Positions 8,769 through 15,116 of a DNA stretch of 26,591 nucleotides are shown here, piece after piece. The stretch comes from Hyphomicrobiales bacterium (lineage in GTDB: Bacteria; Pseudomonadota; Alphaproteobacteria; Rhizobiales; UBA4765), in NCBI GenBank assembly GCA_027487195.1, contig JAIYEB010000182.1, positions 1-26,591 on the forward strand, written 5' to 3'. Position 1 is the stretch's first letter. Each line of letters starts with the position of its first letter. The notes below the pieces were generated by a model. The model was not told the origin of the DNA. It did not search any database and saw only the letters and a program-made list of their open reading frames with translations. Both the position numbers and the translations under genes were made by a program.

Positions 8769-8785
8769 GTCCAATAATGTTGACA
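8768..8785. promoter_or_regulatory. PpsR/CrtJ repressor binding site
   Basis: TGTCCAATAATGTTGACA = TGT-N12-ACA (extended TGTC-N10-GACA), overlapping the crtI ATG at 8777. This is the established PpsR operator consensus, located at a carotenoid gene. Confidence 0.8.
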
Positions 8786-10309
8786 GATTTCGCACCCGTA
8801 CGGCCCGGATCGGTCGCCGCATCAGACCCACGCCCGCGCGCTGTTGTCATTGGATCGGGCTTTGGTGGGCTGGCGGCTGCGGTTCGCCTTCTTGCGCGCG
8901 GATATCGGGTCACGGTTCTTGAGAAGCTGGAGCAGGCTGGCGGTCGTGCCAGCGTGTTTCGTCAGGATGGCTTCACGTTTGATGCCGGGCCGACGATCAT
9001 CACGTTGCCATTCGTTTTCGAAGAGCTTTGGGCGCTGGCGGGGCGAAAGCTGTCCGATGATGTCACGCTCAAGGCGCTGACCCCGTTCTACAAGCTGATG
9101 TTTGCCGATGGGTCCCACTTTACCTGTTCAGGCGATGAAGAGACGGCCCGGGCAGAAGTGCGCCGGCTCTCGCCCGGCGATGTCGAGGGATATGATCGCT
9201 TCCTGGTTGAAAGCGCATCGATCTACAAATTCGCGTTTGAATGGCTTGGTCAGGTGCCGTTCAACGACATTTCGACCATGGCGCAGGCCGTCCCGGGCTT
9301 TGTGAATCATCGCGCCGACCGGTCCGTCTTCAAGCTTGCATCGAAGTACTTCCGCGATCCGCGCCTCAGAATCGCGTTCTCCTTCCATCCCCTGTTCATT
9401 GGCGGCAATCCGCTGCGGGCAACTGCGCTTTATGCCCTCGTCAGCCATCTCGAGCGCACCTATGGCGTCCATTTCGCCATGGGCGGAACCGGCGCGCTGG
9501 TGACAGGTCTTGTCTCGCTCATCGAACGCATGGGCGGCGAGGTCAGGCTCAATGCCGGCGTCGAAAAGATCCTGGTCGAGAACGGCACGGCAACTGGCGT
9601 GCGACTTGAGGATGGAGAGACCATCAAGGCGGCCGTGGTTGTGTCAAATGCTGATCCTGCCACAACCTACGGGACCTTGCTGGAGGGCGGGCGCAAACGC
9701 TGGAGCCAGCGCAAGCTCGAGCGCATGAACTACTCCATGAGCTTGCTGGTCTGGTATTTCGGAACGCGCAAGCGCTACGAGCACGTCGACCACCACACGA
9801 TCCTGCTCGGCCCACGCTATCAGGAGCTCCTGACCGACATTTTCGACCGCAAGGTTCTGGCTGACGATTTCAGCCTGTACATCTATCGCCCGACAGCCAG
9901 CGACCCATCGCTTGCCCCGCAGGGGTGTGATGCCTTCTACGCTCTTTCGCCAGTCCCGCATCTGGGCGCTGACATCGACTGGACCGTGATGGCCGAGCCC
10001 TACCGCCAGCGCATCGCCCGCGCGCTCGATCAGCGCATGATGCCGGGCTTTGAAAAGGAGGTCGTCACCTCCAAGCTGTTCACGCCGCTCGACTTCCGCG
10101 ACCGGCTCAGTTCGCCGCTTGGCGCAGCCTTCTCGTTCGAACCAACGCTTCTGCAGAGCGCGTGGTTTCGCCCCCACAACCGGAGCGAAGAGGCCAGGAA
10201 CCTCTATCTTGTCGGTGCGGGTACCCATCCGGGCGCAGGCGTGCCCGGCGTCATCTCGTCCGCTAAAATCCTCGATTTGCTGGTGCCGCATGGCTCGACA
10301 CTCCGCTGA
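8777..10309 (+). CDS. crtI: Phytoene desaturase
   Basis: FAD-binding GSGFGGLAAA, DGFTFDAGPTIIT, and C-terminal signature LYLVGAGTHPGAGVPGVISSAK. Confidence 0.95.
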   Translation: MLTDFAPVRPGSVAASDPRPRAVVIGSGFGGLAAAVRLLARGYRVTVLEKLEQAGGRASVFRQDGFTFDAGPTIITLPFVFEELWALAGRKLSDDVTLKALTPFYKLMFADGSHFTCSGDEETARAEVRRLSPGDVEGYDRFLVESASIYKFAFEWLGQVPFNDISTMAQAVPGFVNHRADRSVFKLASKYFRDPRLRIAFSFHPLFIGGNPLRATALYALVSHLERTYGVHFAMGGTGALVTGLVSLIERMGGEVRLNAGVEKILVENGTATGVRLEDGETIKAAVVVSNADPATTYGTLLEGGRKRWSQRKLERMNYSMSLLVWYFGTRKRYEHVDHHTILLGPRYQELLTDIFDRKVLADDFSLYIYRPTASDPSLAPQGCDAFYALSPVPHLGADIDWTVMAEPYRQRIARALDQRMMPGFEKEVVTSKLFTPLDFRDRLSSPLGAAFSFEPTLLQSAWFRPHNRSEEARNLYLVGAGTHPGAGVPGVISSAKILDLLVPHGSTLR

Positions 10310-11360
10310 GGCGATCTCGCCAACGCTTCGCCGCGACTATGACGCCTGCCGTGAACTGATCAGGGGCGGGTCGCGATCCTTCCACATGGCCTCGCTTTTG
10401 CTGCCCATGGCTGTGCGTCTGGATGCATGTGCGCTTTATGCGTTCTGTCGCCTGTCCGATGATGCGGTCGACGGGCCCGATGCCAGGGCTGACGCGATTG
10501 AGCGGCTGCAGACGCGCCTTGATCGCATCTATGAAGGGCGGCCCGAGGCCATTCCGGCCGATCGTGCCTTTGCCGATGTGGTCCGCCGCCACCAGCTGCC
10601 AAAGGCGCTGCCTGCGGCCTTGCTTGAGGGGCTTGCGTGGGACGCGGCGGGCTTCTCGGTCGAGACCGAAGCGGATCTTCATGCCTATGCCGCGCGCGTT
10701 GCGGGCGCGGTTGGCGCCATGATGACGGTTTTGATGGGCGTTCGGGACCACGATGTGCTCGCGCGTGCCACAGATCTCGGTGTGGCCATGCAACTCTCGA
10801 ACATTGCCCGCGATGTCGGCGAGGACGCGCGAAATGGCCGGCTCTATTTGCCCCGTGCCTGGTTTGCCGAGCGTGGTCTTTGCCCGGAGGCCTGGCTCGC
10901 CAGCCCGCGGTTTGATCATAACATTGCCGCCATGGTCGAACGACTGATCAGCGAGGCTGACGTGCTTTATCGCCGCTCTGCCGGGGGCGTGGCGGGTCTG
11001 CCGCTGGCCTGCCGGCCAGCGATCCACGCCGCGCGGCTGATTTATCGCGAGATTGGCGAGGAGGTGCGCCGCCGCGGCCATGATTCCGTTTCCAGCCGCG
11101 CCGTCGTGTCGGGATGGCGCAAGGTTGCGCTCTTGCGAAAGGCAACCATGTCGGCGTTCTCGATTGGACGCGACCGACCCATGCCAGCGCTTGAAGCCAC
11201 CCGTTACCTGGTGGATGCCGTGCCCGCTGAACGCACGTTGCGTGGGTTTGGGCTCAACGAGGGGGTCGGGCGCGCCATCGACATCATCGGGCGCATGTAT
11301 GAGCGCGACAGGGTGCGCGCGGCCATGGCGCGCAGCAACCAACCAAGGCGGGCCAATTGA
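10290..11360 (+). CDS. crtB: Phytoene synthase
   Basis: GSRSFHMAS, Asp-rich motifs CRLSDDAVD and LSNIARDVGED, GRLYLP. The ATG at 10290 overlaps the crtI 3' end by 20 nt; the 10050 start in the ORF track lies inside crtI. Confidence 0.93.
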   Translation: MARHSAEAISPTLRRDYDACRELIRGGSRSFHMASLLLPMAVRLDACALYAFCRLSDDAVDGPDARADAIERLQTRLDRIYEGRPEAIPADRAFADVVRRHQLPKALPAALLEGLAWDAAGFSVETEADLHAYAARVAGAVGAMMTVLMGVRDHDVLARATDLGVAMQLSNIARDVGEDARNGRLYLPRAWFAERGLCPEAWLASPRFDHNIAAMVERLISEADVLYRRSAGGVAGLPLACRPAIHAARLIYREIGEEVRRRGHDSVSSRAVVSGWRKVALLRKATMSAFSIGRDRPMPALEATRYLVDAVPAERTLRGFGLNEGVGRAIDIIGRMYERDRVRAAMARSNQPRRAN

Positions 11361-11494
11361 GCAGCGAAAGCTTTGCGCTCGCGGAGATTGCCTTAACCGT
11401 CATCGTCGCTGCCTTGTTTTTCGGTTGGCAATTCTGGGATTTGCGCCGTGAACGGGCCAAGGCCCTGCGCAGCAGGGAGGCTGCGCGTGAGTAG
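11357..11494 (+). CDS. Small (45 aa) predicted single-pass membrane protein MSSESFALAEIALTVIVAALFFGWQFWDLRRERAKALRSREAARE
   Basis: TTG start forms a TTGA overlap with the crtB stop; purine-rich AAGGCGGG lies just upstream. Residues 6-27 are hydrophobic, ending in WQFW, followed by a basic charged tail. Not in the supplied ORF track. Confidence 0.65.
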   Translation: MSSESFALAEIALTVIVAALFFGWQFWDLRRERAKALRSREAARE

Positions 11495-11593
11495 CGCGTT
11501 TCGTCTAGTTTGGATCAAAACGGCGCTCCCGGTTTTCGTTTGATCGCGTGTTGTGCCGCAAAACCGGCATCCACTTTCGCGCAACATGCTCTG
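11492..11593 (-). repeat. ~100-bp Rhizobiales-type palindromic intergenic repeat (RIME/BRU-RS-like)
   Basis: Minus strand reads CAGAGCATGTTGCGCGAAAGTGGATGCCGGTTTTGCGGCACAACACGCGATCAAACGAAAACCGGGAGCGCCGTTTTGATCCAAACTAGACGAAACGCGCTA. It has two imperfect hairpins and the AGAGCAT...AAAGTGG...CCGGTTTTGCG layout recognised from these repeat families. Single copy in this window. Confidence 0.7.
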
Positions 11594-11719
11594 GGTACCA
11601 GCCAGCCCGGTTTCATGACATTTGATGATAGGTCAAGGAAACGACATTCCTTGTCTTGACGCGGGGCGCATTGCGCGGTTTCACCTCTGGCCTCACGCTG
11701 CACGCGACAGGGCGAAACC

Positions 11720-12676
11720 ATGGCCAGGGCTGATCTGAAGTCAAAGCTCCCTCACATCTTCATTGATGGCGAGGCCGGAACAACCGGTCTTGGCATTCGC
11801 CAGCGCCTTGCCGGACGCACCGACATGGTGGTCATTTCGATTGATCCAGCCCTGCGCAAGGATGCCGAGGCGCGGCGCGAGATGATGAAGCGCGCGGATG
11901 TCACGATCTTGTGCCTGCCGGATGATGCAGCAAAGGAAGCTGCGGCGCTCAACGCGACGCTTGGCGCCAGCGCCACGCGCATTGTCGATGCTTCAACCGC
12001 GCACCGCACGGCTCAGGGCTGGGTTTACGGTTTTCCAGAGCTGTCCAAGGCCCAGGCTGCAGCAGTGGCGAATGCAAACCTCGTGGCCAATCCCGGCTGT
12101 TACCCAACAGGCGCGATTGCGCTGATCCGTCCGCTCATCGATAGCGGCCTGATGGCGGCTGATCACGCGGTCACTGTAAATGCGGTCTCAGGCTATACCG
12201 GCGGCGGCAAGTCGATGATCGAGGCTTATGAGGCCGGCAAGGCCCCTGCCTTTGAGCTCTACGGCCTTGGTTTTGAGCACAAGCACGTGCCGGAACTGCA
12301 AGCCTATTCGAAGCTGACCAGGCGGCCGATCTTCATCCCTTCAGTCGGGAATTTTGCCCAGGGCATGCTGGTTTCCATCCCCGTCCATCTTGATATGCTC
12401 AAAGGTCAGCCGACCGGAGCCGATCTCCACAAGGCCCTGAGCGATCACTATCGCAGCTCAAGCTGGGTTTCGGTGATCTCGCTTGAGGATACAGCCAAGC
12501 TTGGCGGGCGGATCGAGCCTGAGGCGCTGAACGATACGAACAAGCTCGAATTGCTGGTGTTTTCCAGCGAGAAGCACCGTCAGGCCGTTCTGGTCGCGCG
12601 GCTCGACAATCTCGGCAAGGGTGCCTCGGGCGCTGCGGTGCAGAATGTCGAGTTGATGCTCGGGATGAAAGAGTAG
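11720..12676 (+). CDS. argC: N-acetyl-gamma-glutamyl-phosphate reductase (type 2, alphaproteobacterial form)
   Basis: IFIDGEAGTTG, DASTAHRT, WVYGFPEL, VANPGCYPTG (catalytic Cys), SGYTGGG, LDNLGKGASGAAVQN. Confidence 0.95.
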   Translation: MARADLKSKLPHIFIDGEAGTTGLGIRQRLAGRTDMVVISIDPALRKDAEARREMMKRADVTILCLPDDAAKEAAALNATLGASATRIVDASTAHRTAQGWVYGFPELSKAQAAAVANANLVANPGCYPTGAIALIRPLIDSGLMAADHAVTVNAVSGYTGGGKSMIEAYEAGKAPAFELYGLGFEHKHVPELQAYSKLTRRPIFIPSVGNFAQGMLVSIPVHLDMLKGQPTGADLHKALSDHYRSSSWVSVISLEDTAKLGGRIEPEALNDTNKLELLVFSSEKHRQAVLVARLDNLGKGASGAAVQNVELMLGMKE

Positions 12677-12700
12677 GCCCGGTTGAGGCGCGTTCGGGCT

Positions 12701-13660
12701 TCAAACCCCGAACGTCGTGCGCCAGGCCGCGACATCTTCGAGCGGAACGTTTGAACCGCACAGCACAAGGCCAACCCTTGGCCCAAGCCTGTCCTTGATC
12801 TGGAGGGCAGCCGCAATCACGCACGCAGCCGCCGGCTCGACGAGGATGCGCTCATTCTGAAGCGTCCAGACCAGTTCCGCGACCGCGTCGCGGTCTTCGA
12901 CCAGGATGATGTCGTCAATGAGCGTGCGGGCCGCCGCCATCGTGCGCTCGGTTGCAAAGGGCGCACCCAAGGTGCGGGCAATCGAGGTCGGGCGGATAGA
13001 CACAGGGCTCCCGGCGGCGAGCGCCTGGGTCATTGTGGTCGCGCCGACCGTTTCAACGCCATGAATTCGGATGGACGGGGAAAGCCCCTTCATCGCGGCG
13101 GCAACACCAGCCGAGAAGCCACCGCCGCCAATGGAGACGAAGACATCGGTCAGGCCCTCTGCCTGTGCGGCAAACTCCAGGCCAAGCGTGCCGTGGCCGG
13201 CGATGATGGCGGGATCATCATAGGCATGGATATTGGTCATGCCTTTTTCGCCATACGCCTCAGCCTTGGCAAAGGCTGCGATCGCATCGTCGCAAAGCTC
13301 GACTTCGCCGCCAGCCGCCCGTGTCAGGGCAATGTTGAAGGGGCTGGCGGCCTTTGGCATCAACACAAGCGCGCGAGAACCAAGGGCTGCTGCGGTTTTC
13401 GACACGGCAATGGCATGATTGCCGCCAGACACCGTGACAACGCCGCGCGAAAGCTCATTCGGTGTCAGTTGCAGGAGCTTGTTGAAACAGCCCCTGACCT
13501 TGAAGGATCCGGCATCCTGTAGCGCTTCAAGCTTCAGGATCGCAGTTTGCCCCAGCCGCGATGACAAGGCCTCGCTGACATAGGACGGCGTCACGCGCAC
13601 GCGACCGGCGATGCGCTCCTGAGCGCGGCGGATATGGTCGAGGGTCACGTCGAAATTCAT
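12701..13660 (-). CDS. PLP-dependent serine/threonine dehydratase family protein (no regulatory ACT domain)
   Basis: LKLEALQDAGSFKVRG (PLP lysine), SGGNHA, SIGGGG, VEPAAA, LVLCGSN. Start set at ATG 13660 (MNFDVTLDHIRRAQERI). Confidence 0.88.
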   Translation of the reverse strand: MNFDVTLDHIRRAQERIAGRVRVTPSYVSEALSSRLGQTAILKLEALQDAGSFKVRGCFNKLLQLTPNELSRGVVTVSGGNHAIAVSKTAAALGSRALVLMPKAASPFNIALTRAAGGEVELCDDAIAAFAKAEAYGEKGMTNIHAYDDPAIIAGHGTLGLEFAAQAEGLTDVFVSIGGGGFSAGVAAAMKGLSPSIRIHGVETVGATTMTQALAAGSPVSIRPTSIARTLGAPFATERTMAAARTLIDDIILVEDRDAVAELVWTLQNERILVEPAAACVIAAALQIKDRLGPRVGLVLCGSNVPLEDVAAWRTTFGV

Positions 13661-13687
13661 GATGCGGGTCCGTTTCTCATGCCAGCG

Positions 13688-13838
13688 CGAGGTTATTCCC
13701 CCCATTGAACATGCCCATCTTGAAGTCTGTCTTATCGCAATTCGGAGGGGCTGATCCATGCCGAGAAAGTGTCACAAGCCCGAAGAGATCGTCGCGAAGC
13801 TGCGTCAGGTCGACATCACGGTCTCCCATGGCAAATCT
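13688..13838 (+). mobile_element. Truncated IS3-family insertion sequence (left end plus first ~27 codons of OrfA)
   Basis: SD GGAGGG (13744-13749) then ATG 13758 giving MPRKCHKPEEIVAKLRQVDITVSHGKS, which resembles the IS3 OrfA N-terminus MPRKRHKPEEIVAKLRQVDVLVSQG. No OrfB/DDE domain or right end is present. The left boundary is approximate (13688-13706). Confidence 0.8.
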
Positions 13839-14952
13839 ACTGTCGGGCCTTGCGCTCGAGCCCGGAGATGCGATCGGGTTTGCGGTGGATGATCTGCCGC
13901 GGCTCTTCAGGATTGAGCGGATCGAAGACGGTCTGGCGCGCCGTGTCGAGGCACGGGCTGTCGATCCTCTGCCAAAGACGCCGCCGCGACACATACGCCA
14001 GCTCGGACGAACGGCTCGGGCGGTTCTCGGCGGACCTGCGGACATCACCGTGCTGGACCTTCCAGATCTGCCGAGTCTGCCGATTGGAGAGAAGTCGGTC
14101 ATGGTTGCGCGGGCAACCCCCTGGCCAGGCGGCTATGCGGTGCGCCGTTCCAACACAACCGAGATTGCACGGCTGATGGTTCCGGCAACCTCCGGGATCA
14201 CCGACAGCGTTCTTGCCCCGGGTCCTGTCTGGCGATTTGACCAGACCACGAAGCTGATCGTGAAGCTCAGATCAGGTGTTCTGGGCTCTGTCAGCAGGGA
14301 TCAGGTTCTTGATGGTGCCAACGCTGCTGCAATCGAGCATCCCGACGGGTGGGAGGTCATTCAATTCGAGCGCGCGCTTCTGACAGGTCCCGATACCTAT
14401 GTGCTCAGCGGGATCTTGCGCGGGCAGGGCGGGACCGAGGACCTTGCAAGCGACACGCTTGCTGCAGGCGCGCGTTTTGTCAGGCTCGACGAGGCAGTCA
14501 CAACGCTTGCCACTGGCTTGTCAGATATTGGCAGGCCTTTGCCCCTGCAGATCATCCCGCTTCGAGGGGCAAATGACCCTGCAGCAATCCTGACCCATAC
14601 GCTGACACCCAAGGGGCTCGCTCTGAAGCCCCTGTCTCCCGTTGGCCTTTCAGCCCGGCGGATCGCCAGCGGAATTGAGATCAGTTTCATTCGCCGGACC
14701 CGAATGAATGGCGACAACTGGGAGCTTCTGGAAGTGCCGCTGAACGAAGCTGTGGAAGCCTACGAGGTCGAGATCCTGCAGGGGAGCGTCGTGAAACGCA
14801 CTCTGCTGACCACCGAGACCAGGGCCCTGTATGCCAATGCTGACGAACTTGCTGACTTTCAATCAGCTCAAACAAGCGTGTCGGTTCGCGTGATGCAGAT
14901 CTCGCAAACGATTGGCCGAGGGCGCCCAGCGGCTGGCGTTTTCGCCGTCTGA
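13828..14952 (+). pseudogene. C-terminal fragment of a gene transfer agent/phage tail-baseplate protein (RcGTA g15 'megatron'-like)
   Basis: LALEPGD...FRIERIEDG..RRVEARAVD, LDLP, PWPG, GAN.AA, WEVIQF, LRGQGGTE, GARFVRLD, LSPVGL, RRTRMNGDNW, VPLNE..EAYEVEIL, VMQISQTIGRG match my recollection of the g15 C-terminus. Only 374 codons, against about 1300 aa for the full family. The 5' end abuts the IS3 remnant. Confidence 0.8.
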
Positions 14953-15017
14953 CCTGCCGCGCACAGGCGCGCCGAACCTGATTTTCAGAACAATCGGATC
15001 GGTTAACAGTTTCTTGC

Positions 15018-15058
15018 TGGACAGCGATTCGCCTCTGGATTCTAATACAACCGATTCG
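15018..15058 (+). promoter_or_regulatory. pleC promoter with three GANTC sites
   Basis: TGGACA (15018-15023), 17-nt spacer, TCTAAT (15041-15046); GATTC at 15026, 15038 and 15053. Confidence 0.65.
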
Positions 15059-15116
15059 GGGGGCGTTGGGCTGTAAGTCTCCGGATAAAATCAGAAATTC
15101 CGGTCGGGGGACCACC

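Noticed and set aside
10050-10289. Extended 436-aa crtB starting at 10050
   Set aside because: It would overlap crtI by 260 nt with non-family sequence. ATG 10290 precedes the phytoene synthase motifs.
10263-11342. 359-aa antisense ORF opposite crtB
   Set aside because: Shadow ORF from GC-rich codon bias, with no recognisable motifs and fully opposite a well-supported gene.
11622-11636. Possible FNR/FixK box TTGATGATAGGTCAA upstream of argC
   Set aside because: Spacing is TTGA-N7-TCAA, one base longer than the required TTGAT-N4-ATCAA.
11615-11659. 14-codon ORF MTFDDRSRKRHSLS with three Arg codons as an argC leader peptide
   Set aside because: No SD and no terminator/antiterminator pair with a U tract before argC. 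It also lies upstream of the more plausible argC promoter (TTGCGC-N17-CACGCT).
12677-12699. GCCCG-N13-CGGGC hairpin between convergent argC and dehydratase as a terminator
   Set aside because: Only a 5-bp stem with a large loop and no U tract; too weak to call.
13705-13827. N-terminal 41 codons of the 415-aa ORF 13705..14952 as part of a real protein
   Set aside because: This stretch is the IS3 end and OrfA read in another frame. Tail-protein similarity begins only at about 13840.
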